Part shown: one piece after another, positions 25,055 through 39,920 of the stretch
Position numbering within the stretch: position 1 is the stretch's first letter
Layout: each line of letters opens with the position of its first letter
Source of the DNA: Eledone cirrhosa
Lineage: Eukaryota
Assembly: GCA_964016885.1 (NCBI GenBank)
Contig: OZ024740.1
Span: 191,704,001-191,768,000, forward strand
Reading direction: 5' to 3'
DNA: 64,000 nucleotides
Made by a program: the position numbers and the translations under genes
Notes under the pieces: model-generated
The model's input: the letters and a program-made list of their open reading frames with translations, nothing else
What the model was told of the DNA's origin: nothing
Databases searched by the model: none

Positions 25055-25058
<4 letters not shown>
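24568..25058. mobile_element. Inverted-repeat pLTR-like element with hammerhead motif, family B
   Basis: 24568-24643 reverse-complements 24981-25056; plus motif CTGCTGA-GGTCATAGCC-ATTCAAT-GGCTATCATC-GAAA-TATATA-TA-GCAG (24974-25024); same tail at 63961-64000. Confidence 0.78.
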
Positions 25059-25104
<46 letters not shown>

Positions 25105-25168
25105 TAAGTATACGTAGATACATATATGTATACAGACGTACAGTAGTATGTATATATATACATACATG

Positions 25169-25238
<70 letters not shown>

Positions 25239-25242
<4 letters not shown>

Positions 25243-25435
25243 CTTTGGGAGGGTCATGTTGCCAATAAGAAACACACGCACCAGTTGCTTTCACTTCAAT
25301 TTATTATATATTTATAAATTTACAAATTTACAAATTTATAAATTTCTTATTGGCAACATGACCCTCCCAAAGTATAACAATATCGGTTTCAACACACGAT
25401 TTCAGATAAAGAATCTTACTAAACAAATTCAGAAA

Positions 25436-25438
<3 letters not shown>
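25239..25438. mobile_element. Short inverted-end fragment of the family at 42120-43030
   Basis: tatactttgggagggtcatgttgccaataagaaa / tttcttattggcaacatgaccctcccaaagtata; acacacgatttca matches ~42957. Confidence 0.7.
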
Positions 25439-25497
<59 letters not shown>

Positions 25498-25628
25498 ATT
25501 TAGAAGACCACTGCTGAATTAGATTTTATTTCCATAGAGATTATACTCAATTATATCTTAATTATATTAATTATTTTAATTAAAATATTTTCTATATCTT
25601 CCACTCGGATTTCAGTCTATAGGTTATC

Positions 25629-25810
<182 letters not shown>

Positions 25811-26899
25811 TGTGTGTGTGTGTGTGTGCGTGTGTGTGCGTGCGTGTGCGTCTGTGTGTGTGTATATGCGTGTTTGGTTTATGTGAATGGTAATCGATTC
25901 ATATCTACGAAATTGTGTCGCAAAGTATTTCTTATCTATGTTTGTGTTTTTATATTTCTTTCTTTTATTTCTTAATTACTTTAAGAATGTTGATTACATG
26001 AATTCCTATATAATGTCTCTGCAAATGATTATCAAGTCAGGACAATTATATTCATATTCTTTAATACGATTTCCTTTTTTTACGTGGGTTCATTTGAAAC
26101 GTTGATCAACAATAGTACGTCAATTTTACTGTCAATATGTGTTCATTTATTCCTCTCATTACTTCTCGAAATGCTGTTCTGTTCCTGCAGCTTTTCCATA
26201 AAGGCATATTCATCTCTATATAGCATATTTATGTGAAGTATAATCAGCCTGCATTACTTTTATTTAATTGTGTAAAGCTAATTCTACCCGAGCAGCCGAT
26301 ATTGTAGACATGAAGTATAATATTACAGATTCAGAATTATAATGTTTCTAATTAAATATACATTTACAAATCGTGTTTTAATGGTACCAAGGTTTAGCCA
26401 TTTCATCCCTGTAAAACAAACATAACTAATGGCCATGTATAGCTAACATTAACACCCCACAATGTAATTAATACTTGGCATCTCATAACATTTATGACGA
26501 GTTATATTGGATTAAAAATGGGTAGAATGTCACGAACAGTATATAATAGTTCAATTACAAAGTCTATGTTAATCTATATAAGGACATATTAAATAATGCA
26601 ATTCTGTATAAAAGACGTGAATATTATGGCTAGAAAGGTTTTTAATATAGGTCTACTAGATCAGATCCAAGATAAGGAAAAGCAATATTAACAGCGATAC
26701 TGCTATTTAGAGATTAGCATATATAACACTCAAAATATATTATTGAATTTTAAAACTTGTTATATTGATTTAGCTATTAAAACTAAATTAATTTCCGTCG
26801 ATCACAGAAATACTTACACAGTAAATTAATGTACAGAATATTCCACAAAAATGTATACATTTAACATAATTCTGAGAAGCGTTCATCGTAACTTTGAGA

Positions 26900-27110
26900 G
26901 AGATTCATTGTATCGGCCCTGCGTGACAAGTTTGGAGGGTTCTGTTAAAGCCATAATCTATCAGATAGGCTGGCATATATTTTTCATCTACGCAAGTTCA
27001 GTTACAACCAGATGAGAAAATATATTTTTACAACATACCCCACAATGGGATCGAACATGGTAGCATCTGATGGCGAAGTGATATTTCTAACAACTAAACC
27101 TTGCTGCGTC
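26900..27110 (-). mobile_element. Degenerate tRNA-derived SINE
   Basis: Minus-strand B-box-like gttcgatccc then ttgtggggtatgttg; A-box-like ggtttagttgttag. Confidence 0.4.
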
Positions 27111-29995
27111 CATTATACTATTATCAAAGCTCCGGTTTGGCACACTTACCGTATTATGTTTTTTTAAAGTAATAAGTTGCTGTTTCTACAATATTGATTT
27201 GTGTCATATTTTCTAATACACTGCTTCAAAACAATTGTTTTTTGAAATTTTTAGAAAGAGTATGCAAATTGAAAATCTTTTTGTAAAGAAATTGTTTACT
27301 TTAATGTTGTTGGTTTTTGGAGTTTCAATAACATATTTAAACGCAATGCTTCAAAGATAAATGAGATTTTTTTCCCGTGATTGAATAGATGTTCTACTGG
27401 CGTAGTAATATACTTTTTTCCTAAGTACATAGAGAAATATTGATAACGAAGAAAATACAACAAAACAAAACATGTGTAATAGTCTCAGCATTGGAAATAC
27501 GAAGCAATATTTTCTCATTACTTAATCTGCAAGGTAATATTTAATTATAATCTAATAGGTAATATTTAATTATGAAACGAAGCACAATTTTCTGAAATTC
27601 TTTGTTTTGCAGCATCATTGAGCTGGTGCTTATACTACTTTGAGTCATATTAAGTAAGTGCTCCAAGTATTTCTTCAGGATACAAAGCTAATCGATTTCT
27701 TTTAGCGGCAACTTTTGTGAAATCTGATCTCGCAACACGTACCCATCACAACTCTAGTCAATTCAGCATAATACTATGAAGCAAATTGTTCACAACCCAA
27801 AACAATACTATATATATATATATGATCTTCCAGCTTAGTCAGAACAAAACAGATTCATTTCGAAACGGATGTTAAGATTGCGTGAGATTTGGTCCTTTAC
27901 CAAGGTAATTATCACTATAAATAATTGGAACAAAATAGTCTGCAGAATTGGCTCACTAGAAGTTGCCTTTCCACTTCCATTTGCAATTAAAGTGACTAAT
28001 GTAACGTTAGTTAAACTATATCTGAAAAGGAAAACAAAAGGTAGAATGATTGCTGATTGAATGACTTTGATGAAATGCAACTTTGAAACAACAAATATCT
28101 AAGAAGATATCATATTGCCATCAACAAAACTTAATAGACGTACCACAACGGGTAACAAGTACATGGTTGCTTGACCTGTTACACATACAGTCAATTCACC
28201 AACAGATCACACTTTACCGACCACAAGAAAACTAAGATAACGTTAGGTGATGCAAATTTGAATATACAGAAAACAAATCGAATTTCATATTATACATTTA
28301 TTGCTTAATTGACGTCAACCATGGAGCACACGTAAGTTTGTGTGTGGCTTTATACAAATGACCTGCATTATCCATCTTCCAAATTTCCTTGATAAGGCAT
28401 TGGTCAACCCGATGATTTAGTAGGAACCTCTTGTCTATGTTGTCCTGGGGCGAGAATGGACTAGAAATCTCAGGTTTGCAAATTGACCCCCCCCCTCCTC
28501 CCTCATACTCACAGCCAGGCCCGCATCTATGGCCATGACTCTAACACCTTAAATTACACATCTGGTTAATCACTGGCTAAACAACAAGCGCGATAATGGG
28601 CTGAATTGTAAATTGATCTATTATAATGTTAATTAGATGTTGGATAATATTGTAGTGTAAATCTGATTTAATAGCTTTCTTTCTAATAAAATCCTAAATA
28701 TAACAATAAATGATGGGGGTTCCTCAAAATGATTAATCAAATTCAGTTTTCAAATGTCACCAGCATATTGTAATTAGGTGCTGTTTACATATATATAAAT
28801 CGATTTAACCATGGTTGCAAACACCTCGCTCGATGAAAGACGAGAGTAGACTCATGAATCAGTATGGACCCATTAGGTTTACATAGGAACAAATCAATAG
28901 TTATTGATTGATAAAATTAATAAATTAATAATATTAAGAGTTTCCAAAACCTTGTGCTTTCTAATAGCGCAAATATTTAATGCAATTGCTATTGCGCATT
29001 GAAAAGTGAATTACACAAGTAATCTCAATTGGCACATTTTAATCAGTGAGTTTAGTCCGATATTCACAGATTGAATGCAGTAGCTGAAACGTCTGTTGCA
29101 CACTAACGTAGTAGTATTGTTTTCATTGAAAAGTGCTAATCATATAAAGGACGTCAATGTAGGACGATCAGTGTGGGACCTGAAGATGATAATAGATAAA
29201 AGAATATGCTTTGATATTCAAATCCCTCATTTAGATTCGATAATAAATAAGTAAAGTAATAGTACAAATAGTAATAATACTAGTAGTGTTTTCAAAATCA
29301 ATTAAAGTTGTTCTGCGATGCGACATCAAAAAGGAATTGATCACGGTTGCTACCCGCAAAAATCTATTTCTTGAAAAGATGGAATAAATTCTTAAAAAGG
29401 AGTAGACACATTAGCTCTCTCGGAGTAATAACATCTGAAACCAAGCAATATGGTTTCATCAATAATTTCAATATTATTATTAATTACCCAATATATGTGG
29501 TTGGGGTTGGGTGACTCATGTGACCAACGTCACCAGGCTAATATTATATCTGGTCTATTCTTGGTTTAAGGATATCAGAATGTTCTTTTGTTACGATAAT
29601 TTCGCTTTATCTAAAAACAGGATAAATTAGTATTAGATTGATACATTTCTGAAATTCTGTTTATTACAAACCGGTTTATATGTTATTGAATTAGGTTTCA
29701 ATGAAATAGAAATTAATTTATACAAGAAAAATAATTAATGAAATTGTGAAAAATTATTAAATAACTAATAATTGAAATGTTGCAATTTGTCCCATAAATT
29801 ACTACAGTTTCATACATTATAATTATAATTTTTTTTATTTGTAATGTCAACATTTACATTGTTCATATTGAAATTCTAGAGAACGAATACCATACAATAT
29901 ACACTTAAAACAATTTCGTTTGGTTGACATGATCTATAAACATTTCATTAAAAATGAATTGGTTTAATATCTACTAAGAGTATAAACCTGGGTCA

Positions 29996-30183
29996 TTAGT
30001 GGATTGGCAGTATCAGTAGAGGGTCGGACGCCATGTTTCCAACATAGTTACGTCCCTTTACGATCTGAGTTCAAATCTCGCCGAGGTTGACTTTGCCTTT
30101 CATCCTTCCGGGATCGATAAAATAAAGTACCAGTAATGCACTGGGTATTTGCTGGTCTTGTGCCTAAAGTAGGAACAATTATT
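29996..30183 (+). mobile_element. SINE family 1 copy
   Basis: ttggcagtatcagtagagggtcggacgccatg..gagttcaaatctcgccgagg..gataaaataaagtaccagt. Confidence 0.8.
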
Positions 30184-30394
30184 TTCTTAAACATATAAAG
30201 TTGGGAGGTATTACGTTGTTTCGTTATTTCTGATAAAATTAACAATCTGAAGTAGTAAATGTTACTGTCTAGGTATAATATCCTAATGCTTCACAACAAT
30301 TTGCTATAACTCAGAGCAATGATATCTCATTGCCTGAGCTTGAATTGAAGGTAAATTCACTGATTTGATCTTATGGGACATTTACTTTGTAGTA

Positions 30395-30541
30395 TATATT
30401 CTGGCTCTCTACGTCCTGAGATCACATCCCACCGATGTTGTTCTCATTTCATCTTTTAATACTAGATACAATAAAATACCTTTCAGCAATTACTTCTCTC
30501 AAACAATGTGTGGCCTTTGTGGCTAAATTAGAAACCATTAA
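30395..30541 (+). mobile_element. Older SINE family 1 copy
   Basis: ctgagatcacatcccaccgatgttg..tttcatc..aataaaatacc..tggcctttgtggctaaattagaaaccatta. Confidence 0.55.
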
Positions 30542-30997
30542 CAGGAAGGCACAGGCAATATTCATCTCTTGATATATATATACGTTTGCTACACTGATAT
30601 GATTTAAACTGTATATAGTGGAAAACTTCAAATACTAAGTGTTGGGTTTGTTTCTAGAAACCTTTTTAATATAACTACTACAATTGTAAATTATATTTGC
30701 ATGTGCTAATATTTACAAGATGTGTATGTAATTGATTGAATTTTAATTTCGTAAGGAGGGAACGGAATTAGCAATGTCGCTGCCATATGAATACACGCAA
30801 ACATGTTTATCATTTATATACTGGACTAGAACAGTCATTCGCATATCACCAATAACTACGGCTGCCTTCCATTCGTCTTACAAAAATGATTCTAAATTAT
30901 AATTATACTTACTCACACAGAAGCACATAAACACTGAGACATATTCACCCACACCCACAGACTCAAAAGGAACCACACAGAGACACACATATATGTG

Positions 30998-31161
<164 letters not shown>

Positions 31162-32725
31162 AAAACACAAAGGGAAACACAAGGGAGAACAATGAAATAT
31201 ATATTTGATTAACGCATGGCATAGAAAAGAATGTTTCGACGGTTCTGATGTTAGCCATTTATTAGAAGATATGCTAACAGTAATGAGACAAGAAAGGGTA
31301 TAAGAAAATAAGGAAACGAAGAAAAAGGGTCACAATGATCGTCTAAACACCTGAAAATAAAACAATATTAGAAACACATATGCCATATGTTCCAATATAT
31401 CAGTTTCGTATAGATATAGTCAGCCAGGAGTTGATAAAACAGTTGTTCAATGCAAAATACTGGGTTAGATATAATGATCTAAAACACTGGAAACAGTGCC
31501 GAGGCATGGCCACACTCACGTATCAGAAATACGAAAAAATGTAAGAGAAAATAAAGAACATTTGGTGTGTTATTTCTACTGAAGTTCAGCACGTGTTTTA
31601 TTGGCATCTATTATAGTATTAGTTTGATTTTTGTGTTGAAACAGAAAATGGCATAATGTTTTTGTTTTCAGTGTTTACGTATCTTTATTAATAATATTGA
31701 TTTTAGCTCTAAATTTGTTTGTTTTTGTATAGCAAAATATTTTATCACTTTTTTGTTAAGATGATACTATTGTCATGGTAAAATTCTCCACTAGCTTTAT
31801 TTCTATACATTGTCTGTCTTATTTAGTAAACTTTCTAAATGTGAAAAATATTTGATGTTTTTCATTTATAGTTATTAGCTTCTGATCTCATCTAATATTT
31901 GTTTATCTTGCATATGAATTTTTATAACGATTTAAATGATATATCTATTTTTATCTTTCAAACATTTCTTTGTGTTTAGGTTTAATGTGACAAATTAATT
32001 CTAAAGTTAGGGAAGGAAATTGCCTGAAAAATATTATTCATACCCACAAAGAAAGAGATATGATCGTAATATTGATGACGGTAATGCATCTTTGATTAAA
32101 ACGTTCGCTTTGAAATGAAATGTCGCGTATTTGATCACAAGTGCGTGTCAAATTGCAAATATGTCTACTACAATAAATGTGTGTTCTTACAGTGTCATGC
32201 CTTTATAAAGTGGCCAACGTGTTAGAACTAATGAGTTTGCAGAGATAACTATTTTAGCAATAAAATAATACATGTTATTATATAAAACTAACGAAAATAA
32301 AGGAAAGTTAAAGGAATTGTATGAAATGAAACTGGTAAAAAACAAAATGGTCAGAAATGTGAGCATAATGTTCTCATTTAAGAAAATCTATTTACTAATG
32401 GTAATTACAGAGTCAGTATAATAAGCCTGAGATGTATTGTTAAAGTCGAAATTGAATGTTTAAAAGAATCGGCCTACAGGAGTAGGGCAGAAGGAGCATA
32501 GGTTCAATAAAAATATTGATGTACATATTTCGGTACATCGAACGATTATATATGATTATCAAACAACATAGCTTTGATGAAAGTCACCAAGAAACGGTTA
32601 CATAATATGTTAAATCCGAAGTGAATCGCGCCTGGTTCAAGTCATATATATATACGTTATTCCGGGTTGAATCGGAGGTAACCACAGTAAGTAATGTACT
32701 CAATACATAGGAGTGTATAGAAGTG

Positions 32726-32938
32726 TTAATATAGATGAGATTCTACAGGACTAGAACTGTTTCATTCTTTAGAAACCATCAGGAATCTGACTATCCAAAA
32801 ATAAATGTGGTATTTATAGGTCTTTTCAGGTGGTAGAAGAGGGTGAGGAGTGGGATGGGTAGAGGTCATTGGTTGATAGAAAAGGGAATTCATTAAAGGC
32901 TAATTCTTTAAAGCTATAATTTATATTTAGAGTCACAA
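32726..32938 (-). mobile_element. pLTR copy, inverted partner of 36031-36243, with family A hammerhead at 32738-32788
   Basis: Minus: AGATTC-CTGATGG-T-TTCT-AA-AGAA-T-GAAA-CAGTTCTAGTCCTG-TA-GAATCT; A9 changed to G. Confidence 0.8.
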
Positions 32939-33258
32939 AGGCAGAAAGAATTCTATAAACAAGTTCAGAATGTGGTGCCACACATTATTTTAAAGTTTCT
33001 CATCGGCTGACACTGCCTATATTTCAGGTGTCTATGAGATCGTTGGGGGTCGGTCAAGGTTGATGGATTAAAGAAAAGGGAATTTCTTTAAAAGCAAATT
33101 CTTTAAAGTTCTACTTAGACTGACAAAGTCCGACAGAATTCTATAGAACAGTTCAAAGTTTTGGGTGCCTATCATATCACTAGCTTCAAGTTTTCTCTTA
33201 AGCTATATTCCAGGTGTCAACAAATACATTCACAAACATACACACACACGCACCCCGC

Positions 33259-33333
<75 letters not shown>

Positions 33334-33344
33334 CATATATATAT

Positions 33345-33388
<44 letters not shown>

Positions 33389-33421
33389 ATATATACACAC
33401 ACACATATACGTATACATATG

Positions 33422-33456
<35 letters not shown>

Positions 33457-33519
33457 GTATATTTATATTTATTTGTATGCATATATGGTTTTGTGTATAT
33501 ATATTTGTGTGTGGATATA

Positions 33520-33580
<61 letters not shown>

Positions 33581-33585
<5 letters not shown>

Positions 33586-33650
33586 TAACAGATTCAAGTT
33601 TAAGCAAAGAATCGGTGCTTTCACCCTTAGCGGGATGTTGTGAAACTCAT
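33581..33650 (-). repeat. End fragment of the family C element (as 56499-56830) with decayed hammerhead
   Basis: taaaataacagattcaagtttaagcaaagaatcggtgctttcacccttagcggga matches 56499-56553. Confidence 0.75.
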
Positions 33651-33902
33651 TAGTATTGCTATATATATATATATATATATAAATTGATAAAAATAATGAA
33701 TAAGAACAAAGAAAGAGTTCCTTAAAATACATCATTTTACGATCGTTTCTAGGATATATATGTGTGTTGGTATGTATATCGTATAGATCTATGTAAACGT
33801 TTTACAAACTTTGAATACATCTTCTCTTTTCAGGATATTTGGATTACATTGTGTTCATCATACGGATTGGACACTACCGTATATTTTGCTAGATTTATCT
33901 AC

Positions 33903-33937
<35 letters not shown>

Positions 33938-34015
33938 GGAACGATCGAGTTCCGTCAAATCGGACCGAGGAAACAATGTTTCCATTGGTCTTTCCAATTG
34001 CTAATACTATCTATC

Positions 34016-34146
34016 GGTCGCAACTCCAGGTAGAAGGAGCAACGTGAAATAAAGTGTCTTGCTCAAGGACATAACACATCGCCTGGTCCAGGAATCGAAC
34101 TCACAACCTAACGATTGCGAATCCAATTCTCTAACCACTCCGCCAT
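34016..34146 (-). mobile_element. tRNA-derived SINE 5' half
   Basis: A box TGGCGGAGTGG, B box GAGTTCGATTCC, then tgtccttgagcaagacactttatttcac. Confidence 0.75.
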
Positions 34147-34171
34147 ATGCATATGTATGTATGTGTATATG

Positions 34172-34223
<52 letters not shown>

Positions 34224-34284
34224 TACACATATACACACATACACAGATATATATACATATAGACATACATATATACATACATAC

Positions 34285-34321
<37 letters not shown>

Positions 34322-34446
34322 CATATACACATACATACATATTCACATACATATACACATACATATCCATACATATACATACGCATACATACACATACAT
34401 ATACACATATACATATATATATATATATATATACACATACACACAC

Positions 34447-34535
<89 letters not shown>

Positions 34536-34542
34536 AACACAT

Positions 34543-34597
<55 letters not shown>

Positions 34598-34924
34598 TAT
34601 ACACAAAACCATATATACATAATACAAATAAATATAAATATACACACAAAGAGGACAAGTGAACGCACCTACACACAACGATATGCATACAAACGAACGG
34701 CGACTCATACAAATACATACAAATAAGTACTCAAAAAATATACGCATATACACAGGCACATAAAAACAGCTCTACAAGCAGATATGTAAGAGGTACTCAC
34801 ATAACCATAGTGGCCGTATTTCAGGTTGAGGAGAGGTGGGGTGGGAAGGTGTTAGAGGTGCTAAAAGGGGGAAGTCGTTTTTAGCCATTAGGCATTAACA
34901 CTGGCTTAAGGTATTTGAAAGTTG

Positions 34925-36030
34925 TAAAGTGTTTGTGTATGCAGTTAGGGCAGTGTTCAGAGAGTTTGTTAAGTAGCGTGCACTTGGCGAATGACATTTA
35001 GTAGCTCTCTGAGATACAAAGGTCGCAGCCCTCAGGTGCTCCGTTGTAAGAGCGCGCTTCCTGGAGTAATTTCCTTTTAAGCGTGAAGGGGGTGGATTTC
35101 CTTTTGAGGTCCCAAACATAGGAGGCGAGTGTTGTCTGCTTTCATTTGTCCGGTCTTCTGAAGGATGTGTATGGGAATACAACAGGTCTTAACATTATTG
35201 GAAGTTATGCCGCTGTAAGTATTTTTGTTGTTGCAATTATCGGTGCCTGAGATGACATCGCATTTGTATACGATATAATTTGTCAGGCATTTGTTTTCAA
35301 GTGAGTAGGCTTCCTTATTTAGGCAATTGCTCAAGGCCCCAGTCCCGGGATTGGGTTCGGATGTGGCTGGCTTATTTATTTTTTTAGAATTGTGATTGGC
35401 TATATTCTTAGCTAGGTTAGGTGTGGTGGAGTAGGATACTCTTATTATGTTCTTATTAAAGATGGTGTAGTACCTATGATGTATGTGGAAGTGTGTTTTC
35501 AGCAAAGTGAAGAAAATCCTAGCTATAGGTGTAGAGATTTTTCTAATGAAGGGAGGGTTGTACCAGCTAATCTGCCTATGCCTATTTCTCCTCTGCACGC
35601 TTGCGGTGGTTTCTAGGTAGGCTATCGTTTCTTAAAATCCGCTGCGGGCGAGGGCGTATTTGTAGTAGGAGGCAGAGGCGTTAAAAATATCTTCATTGAC
35701 AGAGAGGACAGATATTCTAATAGAGACGCTTTTTTCTAAGTTGTCAGTGATGTTTTGGGGATGGTTACAATTAACATTAATATATCTAAAGAACTCGTTA
35801 GGTTTGTGGTACGGGTTATAGAGGGAAGTATCTAAGTCGAGAGTGACATCTAAGAATTTGGCCCAAGTCATATTAGATTCTATAGTTATACTACATGCTA
35901 GATTAGAGAAGAACGAGCTTAAGTTTCTCGCAAACCCATCGGTGGTTCTGGGGTTAACCTTGTGCAGGGAGAAGAGGCCGTCGTCTCGGTATAAACCTCC
36001 GGTTAGACCAGTAAAGAGGTTCTTCAGGTA
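34925..36030 (-). pseudogene. Penelope-like retroelement ORF remnant: RT C-half plus C-terminal GIY-YIG endonuclease
   Basis: GGLYRDDGL, FLDVTLDL, YHKPNE..YINVNCNHP, WYNPPF, RVSYSTTPNL, IVYKC..TYSGIT, CDLC, LLNK.SE..CIH. Confidence 0.85.
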
Positions 36031-36243
36031 TTGTCACTCTAAATATAAATTACAGCTTTAAAGATTTAGCTTTTAATGAATTCCCTTTTCTATCAACCAA
36101 TGACCTCTACCCATCCCACTCCCCACCTTCTTCTACCAACTGAAAAGACCTATAAATACCCCATTTATTTTTGGATAGCCAGATTCCTGATGATTTCTGA
36201 AGAAAGAAACACTTCTAGTCCTGTAGCATCTCATCTATATTAA
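36031..36243 (+). mobile_element. Inverted pLTR at the PLE 5' truncation, with family A hammerhead at 36181-36231
   Basis: AGATTC-CTGATGA-TTTC-TGAA-GAAA-GAAA-CACTTCTAGTCCTG-TA-GCATCT. Confidence 0.8.
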
Positions 36244-36284
36244 AACTATATATATATACGTATATATATATATATGTATATACA

Positions 36285-36433
36285 TATATTACACAGAGAG
36301 AAGTGTGTTACACAGTGAGATGTGTGTAAATAATTATTACAATAGAGTTCTCCATACAGTAACGGTTAAACTCACTTGTAATAATTCTTTACACACATCT
36401 CACTGTGTAACTCATTTCAGTCAGTGTAATATA
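36285..36433. repeat. ~150-bp hairpin beside (TA)n
   Basis: gttacacagtgagatgtgtgtaaataattattacaa / ttgtaataattctttacacacatctcactgtgtaac. Confidence 0.85.
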
Positions 36434-36554
36434 TTTGTATTTGAGCTCAGAAGAAAATTATATATTCTTCTTTGAGCTAATATTATTATTATTACTGTGA
36501 ACTGCGGAATACTCCTAATTCCAATCCTTGTATATATGTATATATATATATATG

Positions 36555-36810
<256 letters not shown>

Positions 36811-36925
36811 GTCCATATATATATATATATCACCTTGATCACCTTGACCGACCAGTCTGTCGGGCGCCACTCGGCGCCGCTGGTCACAGCACGTGCTGTT
36901 TTAGCCATACGATGACGCCATCCCA

Positions 36926-36981
<56 letters not shown>

Positions 36982-39449
36982 GTATATATATATATACGCG
37001 CGGAAATATGACATGTATTGATCCAATCAATCGACAAACAATCAGTTTACACCCTAACTCAAACGCCAAAACATTAAATTACTATAATGAGAACCTGAAG
37101 TGCTTTTAATTTCTTCTGGAGTCGTAGATGCCCCGTTCCCAAAACACACTTCATGTTGACTATTTTTGCGCAGATGGAGCAAATCTCTCTCCAAATAAAA
37201 ACAAGCTATTTCACCATTAGAAAGGATGAAATAAAGAAAGGGAAGAATCGGCTATAGAACCGATAGTTATGTAATATAATGACCAGATCACAGTGAAATG
37301 CAAATTTGAATTCGGTGGCATTTGAACCGAAGGTACACTCGGTTGCATATAACATTTAAACACAATTAGATTTGCGGAAATCTGCGCGAAAATGTGAGAA
37401 TGCCTGCGTAAATAAGACTACACTCACTATGTGCATGTAATCCGCTGTCCGCAACTTAGAGTGACTATCTCGCTTGGGTAATCAGGTTAACCCAAGATCA
37501 TATGTTTCATATTCTTTGTATTTATTAGTTTTCCATGTCTGTTTCTTTTATATAATAGAGTTTGTGTAAAGATGCATCGTTTTCCTATTTCTTCTTAATA
37601 TCTATTATGCCACCGTCTTTGCTTTTGTGCAAAAAAACAATCAATAAATCCTTACTGATATCACTTTCATTTGAGTATTGTATCTCGGGCGACCGGCAGA
37701 TACATTGCAAATCGTATGTTTTTGCAATACATCATCATAACATTTCTGCTATGATAATAATGAATAACTGAAAACATTTCAACTCAGTAATCTATCAACA
37801 CAGATCGTTGTTAGATTATTGTAATCAAAATAATGTTGCTACAAATGAAGGAAATAATAACCAAATATCCTAATATTATTGTCTACAAACTTCAGAAATG
37901 GTGGTATTTTTAGTCTTAAATTCATTGAAACTCGACAGCTGCTTCACGGGGCATGTGTCTTCTATTCTAGAGATCAAGAATGGAGTCATAACGTCACGTG
38001 ACGTCAATAACTGCAGCTGAAATATATGTTATTTTCAAGTATTGGGAGCAGGGAAATCGATTGATTTCTCCTCTGAAATTTGCAGCATTATGGGGCTTGC
38101 TTTCGGAATTAATAATCTTCTATATGGGCGCTAAACCATGATATTATTATATATATATAGAAAATGCAATATCCTCCATATACAAATAATGCTAATAGAC
38201 TGAAAACTTCCTTTATATTTTTCACTTTTTCGAATGCTTCTCACTCATAACTTTGTGTAGTAACTAATAAAATAGAAGCTTTTAGATATCATCTCCGACT
38301 ATTGGCAGATATACATTTTCTTTATGGGTATCCATTAAATATTTTGTTTTTAGTTCGTATTTTATATTCCAGTTATGTTGGCCTTCTATTTTGCACAATT
38401 TTCCCTCTAACCAATTATTTTCCACTGCTGATTAAGGAATATGTGATTGTATCATGTTTCACCATTTTTTCCTTTGTTTAGTTGTCTGCTATATTTCTCT
38501 AGCATGCGTACTGTAAAGATAGTTTGCACGCGTAGGTCTACACATTGCATTTTATATAAGTATGCATTAGATTGCTAACTGCTACTTCTCTCTTCTATGC
38601 TTAGTTTTCATATCCAATATGATTTTTTTTTTTTTACCTAATAATGCATAACTCTTATGTCTATCACTTACTTCTCTTGCAATCATATTTGTAATTTTGC
38701 TTTGTAATATTGGCAAATTGTACTTTCATCTTTTCTTCATATGTATTCTTTTTACTACTTTTCTACATTCGTTCCGAGATTACCATTTGGCTTGCTTTGA
38801 TGGGAAATTATACACTTTGAGTTCTCTGATTTCCCAAATACTAATTATCTATTATATTGACCTGGATTATGAAAAAAATGTTAAAGAAATTTAAACATAT
38901 TATCAAGAAAATATTGTAATGTGAGAAATAAAAATGATTTATTGTATTGGCCACAAGGTCCCAATTTGTAAGAGTCATTACAAAGGCGGATTACGAAAGA
39001 AAACATTTAAGAAACAGTGCAGCATTTACATCGGGTAGAAGGTTAACATTAACTAAACAACTTAGAGATAAACTGATAAAAGTAAATAGCAATAACTGTA
39101 AAGAACATAAATGAATTAAGAGATTTACTCGAAAATTAGGGAAAGCAACCTCACTTGGATCATCACACATACAACACACACTTGATTGCACATACATAGA
39201 GAATAATACATTCTTCCATGTATTTTTTCCAGCTTTCTGCCACAGTGTAGCTTCTTTTAACAACGCCAGTTTTACTACTGGCAGCAACTTGCCAGATAAA
39301 TCACTGGAAGTTAGCATTTAATCCATTACTTTTGCCTTCCATTTGAAGCAGCACACGGTGAAATGATACAGACATACCTCGATACGACTAGAATAATTTG
39401 AAAGAAACGCACTGACCTTCAATGGTTCGACAATGCATATACGTGACGG

Positions 39450-39920
39450 AGGGTTGGGTCATCTCGCGTGTAATCCGAAAAGAGTCAGGTACTGGCGATT
39501 CAAGACGTCTACACATGTATCCCGAAATATAAATGTCAACTTCCAATAACACTAGAACATCAGGGACAACTGGAAATTGCCAGTAATCTAGGAGCCTTTC
39601 AGAAAATGTATTCATAATCTAGAAAGGCTCCCAGGAAATTGACAGACATACCTTCCGCTATATCCTTATAGAATGTAAGGATTGACTTTCCAATTATAAA
39701 TCATCTGACTGGTAGCATGCAGTGTGTGCCTGACATCATTTCAAATGCCGAACATTGGTATTATGGAGATAGAATATATCGCATTGACTGAGACCACTTC
39801 GTTTCACATTTACGATCGTCTATCAATACTTGCCTGTCCATCGATTATCATCATCAGCATAGTTGTATTTCAAACCAGACCTCGACAAAAACAGTCTGAA
39901 ACGAACCATCATTCCATTGA
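39450..39920 (-). mobile_element. Possible highly degraded PIF/Harbinger transposase fragment
   Basis: FSERLLDYWQFPVVPDVLVL resembles the Harbinger W.FP.C.GA.DG region; only weak upstream traces. Confidence 0.3.

Noticed and set aside
27613-27653. Exon-like segment ttttgcag..aa|gtaagt; similar at 58121-58250 and 59215-59280
   Set aside because: No consistent reading frame or recognisable protein; needs RNA-seq
31220-33835. Further faint HHR-like traces (31220, 32575, 33735; also 1410, 3640, 15890, 42900, 56115)
   Set aside because: Core or stems too degenerate to separate from chance by eye
34085-34146. tRNA gene
   Set aside because: A/B boxes present but no full cloverleaf; continues into SINE body
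33161-34759. Long ORFs rich in [14 protein letters not shown], here and throughout
   Set aside because: Translations of (TA)n/(CA)n microsatellites
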